NCBI GenBank assembly: GCA_021796545.1
Contig: JAKABX010000003.1
Coordinates: forward strand, 1-51,946
From: Actinomycetes bacterium
Lineage (GTDB): Bacteria > Actinomycetota > Acidimicrobiia > Acidimicrobiales > Bog-793
Direction: 5' to 3'
DNA length: 51,946 nt
In this document: positions 28,308 to 38,751 of the stretch, one piece after another
Position numbering within the stretch: the stretch's first letter is position 1
Layout of the letters: each line of letters begins with the position of its first letter
Made by a program: the position numbers and the translations under genes
Notes under the pieces: generated by a model
What the model was told of the DNA's origin: nothing
What the model saw: the letters and a program-made list of their open reading frames with translations, nothing else
Databases searched by the model: none

Positions 28308-29492
28308 TCAGGAGCTCGCGGCGTTATAGGTGCGCGCCGCGAGGCGCGCGCGCACCGACTCGCTCGTCGCCGCGTCGACCGCCGTCCACGCGAGGGCGAG
28401 CGCACCGTCGAGGGTCGCCCGGTCGGCGAGCGGCCCGCCGGCGTGCTCGGTGAAGGCGGCCTGGTGGTTCACTGCCGGCAGCGAGCCGATCCCGAGCGTC
28501 GGGTGGATCGCTGGCATGACGAGCGAGACGTTCGCCATGTCGCTCGACGCGGGAACGTCGTGCTCGGGTGGGTCGGGGAAGACGCGTCCGAGTGCCTCGG
28601 CGTTGGCGCGGTAGAGCGCGGCGAGATCCGCGTCCATGACGAACTCGGAGTACGCGGGGCCCTGGGGGAGGAACTCGACGCTCGCGTCGGTGGCGAGCGC
28701 GCCGGCCTCGAAGCAGTGGCGCACCCGCTCGTTCCAGGGTGCGAGCGACGCGAGGTCGCGGGCTCGCACGTAGTACTTCGCCTCGGCGAGCTCGGGGACG
28801 ATGTTCGGCGCGTCGCCGCCGCGCGTGACGATGCCGTGCACCTGTGCACCGGCGGGCGCGTGCTGGCGCAAGAGGCCGATGGCGACCTGCGCGATGGTGA
28901 GCGCGTCGAGGGCGTTGATGCCGAGCTCGGGGAACGCGGAGGCGTGCGCGGCGCGGCCGCGGTAGCGGACGTCCATGTGGGCGACCGCGAGGCAGGGCAT
29001 CTGGATCAGCTCCGTCGGCCAGGGATGCACCATCATCGCCGCGCTCAGCCCGTCGAAGGCGCCGCGCTCGAGCATGGTGATCTTCCCGCCGCCACCCTCC
29101 TCGGCCGGCGTCCCGAGGACGACCACCCGCAGCCCGAGTGCCGACGCGACCGGCGCGAGCGCGAGTCCGGCACCTACGCCGGCCGCCGCGATGACGTTGT
29201 GCCCGCAGGCGTGACCGATCTCGGGGAGCGCGTCGTACTCGCAGCAGATCCCGAGCGCGAGCGGCCCGTCACCGATCTCGGCCCGGAAGGCCGTCGGGAG
29301 GTCGGCAACCGGAGTGGAGACCGCGAAGCCGCCCGCCTCGAGCATCTCGGCGCACCACCGGGCCGCGCGGTGCTCCTCGAAGCTGAGCTCGGGCGCGGCG
29401 TGGATCCGGTGGGAGAGGCCGACAAGCCCGTCACCGAGCGTCGCCACCTGGGCGCGGGCGGTCTCCTTGGCTGCGTCTCGGCTGATTTCCAT
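28308..29492 (-). CDS. M20 family amidohydrolase (AbgB/PM20D2-like)
   Basis: PELSFEE, EYDALP, GHACGHN, GTPAEEGGGGK, SSDMANVS; AAAGGAG RBS. Confidence 0.92.
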   Translation of the reverse strand: MEISRDAAKETARAQVATLGDGLVGLSHRIHAAPELSFEEHRAARWCAEMLEAGGFAVSTPVADLPTAFRAEIGDGPLALGICCEYDALPEIGHACGHNVIAAAGVGAGLALAPVASALGLRVVVLGTPAEEGGGGKITMLERGAFDGLSAAMMVHPWPTELIQMPCLAVAHMDVRYRGRAAHASAFPELGINALDALTIAQVAIGLLRQHAPAGAQVHGIVTRGGDAPNIVPELAEAKYYVRARDLASLAPWNERVRHCFEAGALATDASVEFLPQGPAYSEFVMDADLAALYRANAEALGRVFPDPPEHDVPASSDMANVSLVMPAIHPTLGIGSLPAVNHQAAFTEHAGGPLADRATLDGALALAWTAVDAATSESVRARLAARTYNAASS

Positions 29493-29551
29493 GCTCCTTT
29501 CTACCGCCACGCGGCCGCCGGCGGTCGGGGCGCGTGTGGCGGCAGGAGGGT

Positions 29552-29566
29552 ACGATACAGTTTCGT
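29552..29566. promoter_or_regulatory. Candidate TetR operator
   Basis: ACGATAC-A-GTTTCGT (7-1-7, one mismatch) in the AT-rich spacer upstream of TetR-MFS. Confidence 0.6.
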
Positions 29567-29605
29567 TCTGTACCTAGCGTTCCCGCCCGGAGATGAGGGG
29601 AGCAG

Positions 29606-30271
29606 ATGACTGGTGCCACGCGGCACGGCGCGCCGCGGCGCATGAGCGGCGCGCGCGAGGCGGAGATCCTCGCGGCGACGCTCGAACGCCTCGGTGCGCG
29701 CGGCTACGAGGCGCTCACCATCGACGAGGTCGCGGCGGCGGCCCGGATGAGCAAGGCAACGCTCTACCGCCAGTGGGGCGGCAAGGCCGGCCTCGTGCGC
29801 GCCGCGCTCGAGCAGTTCAACTGCGAGCCGGCCGCCGCCGACACGGGCTCGTTGCGCGGCGACTTGGTCGCCTTCGCGGCGTCGCTCCCCACGCCGAGCG
29901 AGGAGCGCTCGACGCTGCTCAGCGCGCTCGTGCACGTCGCCCGGGACGAAGGCGAGCTCGCCGGCCTCCTCGACGAGCGCATCGTCCACCCCCACGTCGC
30001 CGCCCTCGAGACCGTCTTCGGTCGCGCGATCGCCCGAGGCGAGCTGGTCGCCGACCACGCGCTCGTCGTCGAGGTCGCCGAGATGCTCGTCTACGCCGAG
30101 CTCGGACGCGTCCTGCTCGGCGGGCGCGTCCCCGACCGCGACGACATGGTCGAGCTTGTCGACCGCGTCGTGCTCCCCCTCCTCGGCCTTGCCCCCGCCG
30201 GCGGGTCCGGGCGGGCCGCGGTCCGGACCAAGAAGGCTCTGTCCCACGACCACGCCCGAACGGAGAAGTGA
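29606..30271 (+). CDS. TetR/AcrR family regulator
   Basis: LTIDEVAAAARMSKATLYRQWGGK HTH, DTGSLRGDL. Confidence 0.92.
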   Translation: MTGATRHGAPRRMSGAREAEILAATLERLGARGYEALTIDEVAAAARMSKATLYRQWGGKAGLVRAALEQFNCEPAAADTGSLRGDLVAFAASLPTPSEERSTLLSALVHVARDEGELAGLLDERIVHPHVAALETVFGRAIARGELVADHALVVEVAEMLVYAELGRVLLGGRVPDRDDMVELVDRVVLPLLGLAPAGGSGRAAVRTKKALSHDHARTEK

Positions 30272-31761
30272 TGTCCGCAACCTCGCAGACCGCGCTGAGC
30301 GCCGCGGCCCCGGCCGGCCGTCCGCGCCGCAGCGCGCACCACTGGTGGGTGCTCGTCGTCCTCGGTCTCGCGCAGCTCATGGTTGTGCTCGACGCGACCA
30401 TCGTGAACATCGCGCTGCCCTCGGCCCAGAAGGCGCTCCACTTCTCCAACGCGGACCGCCAGTGGGTCGTCACCGCCTACGCGCTGTCCTTCGGCGGGCT
30501 CCTGCTGCTCGCCGGTCGCCTCGCCGACCTCTTCGGACGCAAGCGCACGTTCCTCGTCGGCTTGATCGGGTTCGCCGCCGTCTCGGCGATCGGCGGCGCC
30601 TCCACCGGCTTCACGATGCTCGTCGTCGCGCGTGCCTGCCAGGGCGTCTTCGGCGCCCTGCTCGCGCCGTCGGCCCTCTCGCTTCTCACGACAACCTTCA
30701 CCGATCCCAAGGAACGCGCCGAGGCCTTCGGGATCTACGGCGCGATCGCCGGCGCGGGAGGGGCGGTCGGTCTGCTGCTCGGCGGCGCGCTCACCGAGTA
30801 CGCGGACTGGCGGTGGTGCCTCTACGTCAACGCGGTGTTCGCCGTCGCGGCCGGGATTGGCGGGTCGATGGTGCTGCACGACCAGGAGCGGCCCGCACGC
30901 GTGCCGATCGACCTCCCCGGCACCCTCACCGCCGTCGCCGGTCTCGTCTCGCTCGTCTACGGCTTCTCGGAGGCCTCGACCAAGAGCTGGACCAGCCCGG
31001 TCACCCTCGCGCTCCTCGCCGCCTCCGCTGCGCTGCTCGCCGGGTTCGTCGCGATCGAGCGGCGCCGCGAACACCCGCTCCTGCCGTTGCGGATCCTGAA
31101 GCACCGCGCCCGGGGCGGTGCCAACCTCGCGATGCTGCTCACGGGGATCGCGATGTTCGGCGTCTTCCTCTTCCTCACCTACTACCTGCAGCTCATCCTG
31201 CGGTACTCACCGGTCATGACCGGCGTCGCCTTCCTGCCGATGCTCGGCATGGTGATCGTCGTCGCGACGACGAGCGGCACCTTCATGCTCCCGAGGATCG
31301 GGCCGCGCCCCCTCGTCACCGTTGGCCTCGTCATCGCCGGTGTGGGCATGGTGCTGATGAGCGGCTTCACGGTCACGAGCGGCTACGGGGACTCGGTGCT
31401 GCCGTCGCTCCTCGTCGTCGGCGCGGGGCTCGGCCTCATCTTCGGGGCGACGATGAACGTCGCGACCGCGGGCGCCGCGCCCGAGGACGCGGGGGTGGCC
31501 TCTGCCCTGCCGAACGTCGCCCAGCAGATCGGCGGCGCACTTGGTCCGGCGCTCCTCAACACGATCGCGACGACCGCCACCGCGTCGATGCTGGCGGGCC
31601 AGCGCGTCACCCCCCGGCTGCTCGCGGTCGCGAGCGTGCACGGCGACGTGACGGCCTTCCGCGTCGTGTACGTGATCCTGTTCGCCTCTGCGGTCGTCTC
31701 GTTCCTCATCCTTCCCCGCGGGCGCGCGGCCGTCGCGCACCACAGGGTGCACGTCGCCTGA
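30271..31761 (+). CDS. DHA2/EmrB-QacA family MFS efflux pump
   Basis: LDATIVNIALP, WVVTAY, GRLADLFGRK, WRWCLYVN, QQIGGALG; TGATG coupling to tetR. Confidence 0.93.
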   Translation: MSATSQTALSAAAPAGRPRRSAHHWWVLVVLGLAQLMVVLDATIVNIALPSAQKALHFSNADRQWVVTAYALSFGGLLLLAGRLADLFGRKRTFLVGLIGFAAVSAIGGASTGFTMLVVARACQGVFGALLAPSALSLLTTTFTDPKERAEAFGIYGAIAGAGGAVGLLLGGALTEYADWRWCLYVNAVFAVAAGIGGSMVLHDQERPARVPIDLPGTLTAVAGLVSLVYGFSEASTKSWTSPVTLALLAASAALLAGFVAIERRREHPLLPLRILKHRARGGANLAMLLTGIAMFGVFLFLTYYLQLILRYSPVMTGVAFLPMLGMVIVVATTSGTFMLPRIGPRPLVTVGLVIAGVGMVLMSGFTVTSGYGDSVLPSLLVVGAGLGLIFGATMNVATAGAAPEDAGVASALPNVAQQIGGALGPALLNTIATTATASMLAGQRVTPRLLAVASVHGDVTAFRVVYVILFASAVVSFLILPRGRAAVAHHRVHVA

Positions 31762-31970
31762 CCGCCCGCTGCGGACCGGCTCGCCGCGCCCGTGCGGCTC
31801 CGGCCGGTTGACCCGCTGCCACCGGGGCGCCCTACGATCTCGCGCACCATGAGCGACACGCGCGCCCCGGGGGAGACCCGCGCTGTCGGGGGCTGCGCGA
31901 GCGGACCCGCGGCCCAAAGCAGCGCGTGCCCGGGGGACCGCGGGCGCGAGATCCGCGCACGTCGCGGGCC

Positions 31971-33068
31971 GTGACGGACCCCGCGCTGGCGAGCCGCCGA
32001 CCGGCCAGGTCGCCACGCCCGCCCGGGATGGCGGACGTCGCGCGCCTCGCGGGCGTGTCGCACCAGACGGTGTCGCGCGTCTTGAACCGCCACCCGAGCG
32101 TGCGCCAGACGACGCGGCTGCGGGTCCTCGCAGCGATCGAGGAGCTGGGCTACCGGCCCAATCCCGCAGCCCGGGCGCTCGTCACGGGTCGGTCGCGCAC
32201 GCTCGGTCTCGTCACCCTCGACACGACGCTCACTGGGCCGGTTGCGACCCTGTACGGCATCGAGCGCGCCGCGCGCGAGGCCGGGTACTTCGTCAGCGTG
32301 GTGAGCCTGCGCTCCATCGAGCGCGGCTCGGTCCAAGAGGCGCTCGCGCGCCTTGCGGAGGGGGCCGTCGAGGGCACGATCGTGATCGCCCCGCTCACCT
32401 CCGCGGGCGAGGCGCTGGCCGGGGTGTCGACCGACCGGCCGCTGGTCGTCGTCGAGGGCGATCCGCAGGCCGACCTCGCCGTGGTGACGGTCGACCAGTT
32501 CGCCGGGGCGCGCGCGGCCACGGCGCACCTGCTCGAGCTCGGACACCGAACGGTCTTCCACGTGTCCGGGCCCCTCGAGTGGATCGAGGCGCGCGCCCGG
32601 GTCGCAGGATGGCGCGCGGCGCTCGAGGATGCCGGTGCGCTCGTCATGCCACCGCTCTCGGGCGACTGGTCGGCGCGCTCGGGGTTCGACGCGGGGCGGA
32701 CGCTTGCGCGGATCCCCGAGGCGACGGCGGTCTTCGTTGCGAACGACCACATGGCACTCGGCGTGCTGCGCGCGCTGCACGAGGGGTGCCGGCGCGTCCC
32801 GGGGGACGTGAGCGTCGTCGGTTTCGACGACATCGCCGAAAGCGGCTACTACGCGCCGCCGCTCACGACGGTCCACCAGGACTTCGACGAGCTCGGCCGC
32901 CGAAGCCTCGCCCTGCTGCTCGAGCAGCTCGACTCCGGCGAGCGCCGTCCGAGGCGAGTGGTGATCCCCCCGGCGCTCGTGGTGCGCGAGAGCAGTGGTC
33001 CGCCCCCGGGAGAAAGCCGTCCGGCGGGCACCGACACGCGGGGGCAGACCCCGCGCCGCCCGGCCTAG
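31971..33068 (+). CDS. LacI family regulator
   Basis: MADVARLAGVSHQTVSRVLN, LGYRPN, NDHMALG, DVSVVGFDD, PPLTTV, LVVRES. Start GTG 31971 or ATG 32028. Confidence 0.92.
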   Translation: MTDPALASRRPARSPRPPGMADVARLAGVSHQTVSRVLNRHPSVRQTTRLRVLAAIEELGYRPNPAARALVTGRSRTLGLVTLDTTLTGPVATLYGIERAAREAGYFVSVVSLRSIERGSVQEALARLAEGAVEGTIVIAPLTSAGEALAGVSTDRPLVVVEGDPQADLAVVTVDQFAGARAATAHLLELGHRTVFHVSGPLEWIEARARVAGWRAALEDAGALVMPPLSGDWSARSGFDAGRTLARIPEATAVFVANDHMALGVLRALHEGCRRVPGDVSVVGFDDIAESGYYAPPLTTVHQDFDELGRRSLALLLEQLDSGERRPRRVVIPPALVVRESSGPPPGESRPAGTDTRGQTPRRPA

Positions 33069-33410
33069 GACGGGTTCTCTGGCACCGGATCGCCAACGCG
33101 GCGCTCCCCAGGGGCTTGGCCCCCTCCCGGCCCTGTCCGCCGGCCGCCGGCCGAGTCCGCCGACGCAGCCCTTGTTGACGCGGCGGGCAGGAGCTACGGC
33201 GCGCACCGCCTCCGAGAAGGCACCGGTGGCACGCGGGCGCCGGGACGCCCCGTTGGGAGCAATGCGGGAGGCTCTCGCGTGGCGCGCCGAGGGGGGCCCC
33301 GGCGGCCGAAGGGTTTCGCGAGGGATCGAGCCGGCGGCCGGCTTCGGGAGCAGCGACCCCGCGGGCGCGTCGTGCCGGGACCGGCCCGCGCGCGTGGCGG
33401 TTCGGAGCCC

Positions 33411-33995
33411 TCAAGGGCGTCGGGGGTGTGCCTGCGCGGCGCCGGTGTCGAGCAGACGCCGGGCGGCCTCCGCGGCGTGCAGGACGACATCGGGATCCCG
33501 GTCGAGGTGCGCGGCGGACATGGCGCCGCCGTAGAGGGCGACGATCGCGTCGAGCCTCCCGGGTGCGACGACGAGCGGACCGCCGGCACGGGCGAAGAGC
33601 TCCCGCAGTCGGCCGCGGTGGCGCGCGATCTCGGTGGCGACCGGGCCGGGCTCGGGGAACTCCGCGGCCGCGTTGATGAAGGGGCATCCCCGGTACTGCG
33701 GTCCGCGGCTGTCCTCGTGGAGCAGCCGGAAGAGGGACACGACGGCGTCCGGCGTGCCAAGGCGGTGCCCGGCGAGCCGCTGCTCGGCGGCCGCGACCCA
33801 CTCCCGGCTCTGGCGCGCCAGGTAGGCCGAGACCAGCTCCGCCTTGCGCGCGAAGTGGGCCTACAGCGTCGCCTTGGCCACCGAGGCGTCGGCGATCACC
33901 CGGTCGACGCCGACGGCATGGATCCCCTCGGCGTAGAAGAGGCGGCTTGCCACCTCGAGGAGGCGCTCCTCGGGGCCCGGCGCAGAAGCGGACAC
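33411..33995 (-). pseudogene. TetR-family (NemR/ComR-like) regulator with a nonsense codon
   Basis: RLFYAEGIHAVGVDRVIADASVAKATL*AHF...RGCPFINAAAE; in-frame TAG at 33861-33863 replaces the HTH Tyr. Confidence 0.85.
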
Positions 33996-34027
33996 GACGG
34001 CCAGGTTCTCGAGCACGGTTGGGAACG

Positions 34028-34045
34028 AGACAGACAGGTCTGTCT
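34028..34045. promoter_or_regulatory. TetR operator palindrome
   Basis: Perfect AGACAGAC-AG-GTCTGTCT between the divergent tetR and peroxiredoxin-like genes. Confidence 0.8.
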
Positions 34046-34069
34046 GTTTCTCGACGAAGGAGAGCCGAC

Positions 34070-34721
34070 ATGGAAGGAACGCTCGTGCGCGCCCTGGAGG
34101 AGCGCGACGAGGCCGCCCGGGCCGGCCATCCCGGCGGACCAGCTGGCGATCATGGATGCCGCGACGGCGACGCTCGAAGCCTCCGGTCTGGCCGCGCAGT
34201 GCCTGGCGGTGGGCGCCGAGGCTCCCGACTTCTGCCTCCCCGGCGCCACCGGCACCAAGGTGACCCTCTCGGAGCGTCTGGCCGAGGGCCCGATCGTGCT
34301 CGCCTTCTCCCGCGGCGGCTGGTGCCCATACTGCACATCGAGCTTCGGGCCCTGCAGGCTCGCCTCGCCGACATCACCGCCGCCGGCGCCCACCTGGTCG
34401 CGGTGTCCCCGCAGATACGCGACAACTCGCTGTCGACCGCCGAGAGGCTCGAGCTGGGATTCCCGGTGTTGTCCGATGTCGGCAACGCGGTGGCCCGCGA
34501 CGACGGCCTCGTGATCAGCCTCGCCGAGGACCTGCGCCCGATCTACGCCGGGTGGGGACTGGACCTTCCGGCGGCGAACGGGGACGAGAGCTTCGGGCTG
34601 CCACTGCCCGCCACTTTCGTGATCGGCACCGACGCCAAGGTGGCGTGGCGTTTTGCGGACGCGGACTACACCCAAGCGGGCCGAGCCCGACGACGTGATC
34701 GCCGCCCTGGCGGCCCCGTGA
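34070..34721 (+). pseudogene. Peroxiredoxin-like (AhpC/TSA family) gene with three frameshifts
   Basis: Stitched frames give APDFCLP, RGGWCPYC / IELRALQ, VAVSPQ, LSDVGN, LPLPATFVI, DYT / RAEPDDV; shifts near 34125, 34335 and 34675. Confidence 0.85.
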
Positions 34722-34780
34722 GCAAGCCGGGGACCCGGCGCGGCGCGTCCCGGCCGATCTCCGGGGAGAATGGGTAATCG

Positions 34781-35497
34781 ATGACGGACCTGCACTTCTA
34801 CTTCGACCCGATCTGCCCCTTCGCGTGGATGACCTCCAAGTGGGTGCGCGCGGTGGCGGCCCAGCGCGCCTACGAGGTCGAGTGGCGGTTCATCTCGCTG
34901 CGGATGGTCAACGCTGAGGTCGACTACGCCACCCACTTCCCACCGGGTTACGAACAGTCCCACGCGGCCGGCCTGGCGCTGCTGCGCGTCGCGGCGGCGG
35001 TGCGCGAGCGCCACGGCCGAGAGGGGGTTGCCCGGCTGTACCCGGCGATGGGGGCCGGCATCTTCGAGGAGACCCCGACCCGCCAGGCGGCCGCGCTCGG
35101 CGACCCCCGCGCCCTCGCCGCCGCCGCCCTCGCCGCCGCCGGCCTCGAGGTCACCTTGGCCGACGCGGTCGGCGCCGACGCGTACGACGCCCTGATCCGG
35201 GCCGAGACCGAGGAGGCTCTGAGCCTCGCCGGCCGGGACGTCGGCACGCCGATCCTGCACTTTGACCCGCCCTCGGGGACCGCGCTCTTCGGTCCGGTCA
35301 TCAGCAGGCTCCCGGCGGACGAGGATGCCGTGGCCCTGTGGGACCACGTGGTCGCGCTCTCCCGGTTCCCCGGGTTTGCCGAGTTGAAGCGCAGTCTGCG
35401 CGAGGTGCCCCAGCTGCCGGCCCTCGGCGTCGGCTCGGGTCAGGTCGGCGCCGAGGAGGACTGGCAGCAGGGCCACCGGCGCCACTCCGGGAGCTGA
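34781..35497 (+). CDS. DsbA-like thioredoxin-fold protein (Rv2466c-like)
   Basis: FYFDPICPFAWMTSKW, DVGTPIL, FGPVISR, FAELKRS. Confidence 0.85.
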   Translation: MTDLHFYFDPICPFAWMTSKWVRAVAAQRAYEVEWRFISLRMVNAEVDYATHFPPGYEQSHAAGLALLRVAAAVRERHGREGVARLYPAMGAGIFEETPTRQAAALGDPRALAAAALAAAGLEVTLADAVGADAYDALIRAETEEALSLAGRDVGTPILHFDPPSGTALFGPVISRLPADEDAVALWDHVVALSRFPGFAELKRSLREVPQLPALGVGSGQVGAEEDWQQGHRRHSGS

Positions 35498-35507
35498 GGC
35501 GTCCGGC

Positions 35508-36186
35508 GTGGTGCGCGTGGCCCGTCCCCGCGCGGTGGCCTTCGACGTCAACGAGACCCTCACCGATCTCGCCCCGCTGGCGGAGGTCTTCGAGCGCCTC
35601 GGCGTGGGAAAGGACGCCCTGGCGTGGTGGTTCGCCGCGCTCGTGCGCGACGGGTTCGCCCTGGCGTGAGCCGGCGGCGCGGCCGGCTTCGGGGAGCTGG
35701 CCCTCGTCGCGCTCGACGAGGTCGCGACCACCGCCGGGCACGCCCTGCCCGACGGCGCCGGCGACGAGTTGATGGGAGCCCTCGCCCGCGTGCCGCTCCA
35801 CCGCGACGTGCGGCCGGCTCTCGAGCGGCTGCGCGCTGCAGGGCTCCCGGCCTTCGCGCTCACCAACGGCTCCGCCGCGTTCGTGCGGGGGATCCTTGAC
35901 AGCGCGGGGGTCACCGACGCGCTGGTCGATATGGCGTCGGTCGACGCGGTCGGCCACGGGAAGCTGCGGCCCGAGCCCTAGCGCGACGCTGCCGGGGTCG
36001 ACCCTGCTCAGATGGCGCTCGTTGCCGTGCACCCCGGGGACACCCACGGCGCGTCCGCGGCCGGGCTGCTGACCGGAGGGGTGAACTGGACGGGGCGTCT
36101 CCATCCCGCGGTCTTCGCCCCGCCGACTGCGCGCGCTCGATCTCGTCGGCATCGTCGACCAGTTGCTCCAGCTTCCCGAGACCTGA
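35508..36186 (+). pseudogene. Haloacid dehalogenase type II family gene, inactivated
   Basis: AFDVNETL, ALTNG, KxRPEP, LVAVHPxDxHGA; in-frame TGA 35667-35669, TAG 35979-35981 and a frameshift near 36130. Confidence 0.85.
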
Positions 36187-36300
36187 GCGCGCCGGGCTCG
36201 CCGCGGCGGGAACCGACATCGCCGCGATCGGGGTGCCGAGCCTGCGCCCGGCATCGGTCCGGGTGCGGGCGCGCCGTCGGGCCGTCAGCCGGGCGCGCCG

Positions 36301-36771
36301 TCAGCCGGGCTTGGTGACGTCTGCGACCTGTGCGTGCAACAGCGCGAGGAGCCTCGACGCCTCGAGATGGACGTTGGCCCCGCGCGCGCCGGCACCGATC
36401 GCCACGATGCCGGCCGCGGCGACGGTCGCGTCGGCGACGACCGGCCACGCCCGGGTGGCGCCGAAGGGCGTGATGGCGCCGCGCTCGTAGCCGGTTGCCG
36501 TCCGGGCCTCCTCCCGGTCGGGGAGCGACAGCCGACGCGTCCCGAGCAGTGCCCGGAGCTTCGGCCAGTCGATCTGCCGCCCGCCGGGGACGAGGACGAA
36601 GAGGTAGTCGTCCTCGCCCCGGCGCACGACGATGGTCCGAAGAAGCTGGCCGAGGTCGATCCCCTGGAGCGCCGCGCTCTCCTCGGGGTTTGAGGGGACT
36701 GCGGTCTCGACAATGCGGTAGTCGAGGCCCGAGCCCGCGAGGCTGCGCAGCGCCGGGGTGTCAAGACCCAT
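36301..36771 (-). CDS. YbaK/EbsC family aminoacyl-tRNA deacylase
   Basis: LLRTIVVR, VLVPGGR, TGYERGAITPFG, IGAGARG; TAGGGT 8 nt before the ATG. Confidence 0.88.
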   Translation of the reverse strand: MGLDTPALRSLAGSGLDYRIVETAVPSNPEESAALQGIDLGQLLRTIVVRRGEDDYLFVLVPGGRQIDWPKLRALLGTRRLSLPDREEARTATGYERGAITPFGATRAWPVVADATVAAAGIVAIGAGARGANVHLEASRLLALLHAQVADVTKPG

Positions 36772-36967
36772 CGGTGAAGACCCTAGCGGTCGGGGTTTCC
36801 GGCGCTCCTTGCGGTGGTCGGCCCGCGCGCGAAGACGCCGGCACCCGAGAACAGGTCGCGTCCGATGCCGCGGGGGCAAGGAGCCTTCTCGGGCGCGGCG
36901 TGCGGGCCGTGCCGCCAGGAGACCGTCCCGACGGGGCGACTCCGGACGGGTCACACCACAGGGCGAG

Positions 36968-37012
36968 GCCGGCCGCCGCGGCGGATCGGGCAGAGCCGCC
37001 GCGGCGGCCGGC
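36968..37012 (-). terminator. 17-bp GC hairpin immediately after the carboxylase gene
   Basis: GCCGGCCGCCGCGGCGG-N11-CCGCCGCGGCGGCCGGC abutting the stop codon. Confidence 0.6.
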
Positions 37013-38751
37013 TAGTTGACGACGGCGATGAGATCGCCGGGTCCGAGCGCGTCGCCGACGGTCACGTGCAGCTCGCGCACGACGCCGCCGACCGGGCTCC
37101 TCACCGGGTTCTCCATCTTCATCGCCTCGAGCACGCAGATCGCCTCACCCGCGGCGACGGTGTCGCCGGCGGCGACGAGCAGGCGGACGATCGTCCCCTG
37201 CATCGGCGCGACGATCCGGCCGTCCCCGCCGCCGGGGGTGCCGCCCGCGACCCGGCGGGGATGTGCGCGCACGGCGCCGGGCGCGGGTGCCACCTCGGGG
37301 ACGTAGAGACGGACCCGGTAGCGGCGTCCGTCCACCTCCGCGTCGACCTCACGGGGGACTCGCCCGTCGGCGCGGCGGTGCGCGCTCGGGCTGTGGGGTG
37401 CGATCCCGCTGAGGTCGAGGTGCTCCTCGACGAATCGGGTCGAGTGGCGGCCCTGCACGAAGTCCGGGTGCTCGAGGATGGCGGCAGCCGCCGCGGCCGT
37501 CGTCGCCACACCCTCCACCTCCAGCTCCGCGAGCGCGCGCAGGAGACGCCGGCGCGCGCTGTCACGGTCGGGCCCCCACACGGCGATCTTGGCGAGGAGG
37601 TTGTCGTAGGCGGGGCTGACCTCGTCGCCGGCCGCGTAGCCGGCGTCGACCCGCACGAAGGGACCCGTGGGGAGCGCGAAGCGTCCGAGCACGCCGGGGC
37701 TCGGCACGAAGGCCCCGCCGGCGGGGTCCTCGGCGTTGAGGCGCATCTCGATTGCGTGGCCGCGGGGGGCGACGTCGGCCTGGGTGAAGGCAAGCGGCTC
37801 GCCCGAGGCGACCTGCAACTGGAGCGCGACGAGATCGAGGCCGTTCACGAGCTCGGTGACGGGGTGCTCGACCTGCAGGCGCGTGTTCATCTCGAGGAAG
37901 TAGAAGCGACCCTCCTCGAAGAGGAACTCGACGGTCCCCGCGCCCTCGTAGCCCGTCGCCCGCGCGAGGCGCACGGCCGCGTCGCCCATCGCCGCACGCA
38001 ACGCGCCGTCGAAGCCGGGCGCCGGCGTCTCCTCGACGAGCTTTTGGTGGCGGCGCTGGGCCGAACAGTCCCGCTCCCCGAGCCAGACGACGGCGCCGTG
38101 GCGGTCGGCGAGGATCTGCATCTCGACGTGGCGCGGCCAGGCGAGGTAGCGCTCGAGGTAGACCTCGTCGCGCCCGAAGGAGGCGGCTGCCTCGCGCCGC
38201 GCCGCGGCGAGGGCCTCCGCGGCGTCCTCGGGCGCGGCGACGACCTTCATGCCGCGCCCGCCGCCCCCGTAGGAGGCCTTGATCGCGACGGGCCAGCCGG
38301 CCTCCTCGCCGAACGCGACGACCTCGGCGACGTCGTTGACCGGTTCGCTGCGCCCCGGCACCCCGGAGACCCCCGCCGCCTCCGCGACGCGGCGGGCCCC
38401 GATCTTTGACCCCATCGCTTCGATCGCGGCGGGCGGGGGGCCGACGAACACCGCGCCGGCCTCGGCCACCGCGCGCGCGAAGTCGGCGTTCTCGGAGAGG
38501 AAGCCGTAGCCGGGGTGCACGGCCTGCGCGCCGCTGCGGCGCACCACCTCGACGATCGCCGGGATGTCGAGGTAGGCGCGCGGCCCGAGGTCGGGATCGA
38601 GCAGGTAGGCCTCGTCGCAGCTGCGCACGTGGTAGGCGTCGCGGTCGATCTCGCTGTAGATGCCGACGGAGGCGATCCCGAGCTCGCGGCAGGTGCGCGC
38701 CACCCGCACCGCGATCTCACCGCGGTTGGCGATCAGCACCTTGTCGAACAC
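37012..38751 (-). CDS. Acyl-CoA carboxylase alpha subunit (biotin carboxylase plus BCCP; AccA3/BccA-like)
   Basis: [54 protein letters not shown] biotinylation motif. Confidence 0.95.
   Translation of the reverse strand: MFDKVLIANRGEIAVRVARTCRELGIASVGIYSEIDRDAYHVRSCDEAYLLDPDLGPRAYLDIPAIVEVVRRSGAQAVHPGYGFLSENADFARAVAEAGAVFVGPPPAAIEAMGSKIGARRVAEAAGVSGVPGRSEPVNDVAEVVAFGEEAGWPVAIKASYGGGGRGMKVVAAPEDAAEALAAARREAAASFGRDEVYLERYLAWPRHVEMQILADRHGAVVWLGERDCSAQRRHQKLVEETPAPGFDGALRAAMGDAAVRLARATGYEGAGTVEFLFEEGRFYFLEMNTRLQVEHPVTELVNGLDLVALQLQVASGEPLAFTQADVAPRGHAIEMRLNAEDPAGGAFVPSPGVLGRFALPTGPFVRVDAGYAAGDEVSPAYDNLLAKIAVWGPDRDSARRRLLRALAELEVEGVATTAAAAAAILEHPDFVQGRHSTRFVEEHLDLSGIAPHSPSAHRRADGRVPREVDAEVDGRRYRVRLYVPEVAPAPGAVRAHPRRVAGGTPGGGDGRIVAPMQGTIVRLLVAAGDTVAAGEAICVLEAMKMENPVRSPVGGVVRELHVTVGDALGPGDLIAVVN

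Noticed and set aside
35667-35981. In-frame TGA/TAG (and TAG at 33861) as selenocysteine, pyrrolysine or recoding
   Set aside because: The TAGs replace Tyr codons, the HAD gene and its neighbour also carry frameshifts and missense decay, and TAG/TGA are normal stops throughout the window.
36775-36965. Possible T-box or riboswitch upstream of the ybaK-like gene
   Set aside because: No T-box consensus seen, and the gene appears leaderless, leaving no 5' UTR.
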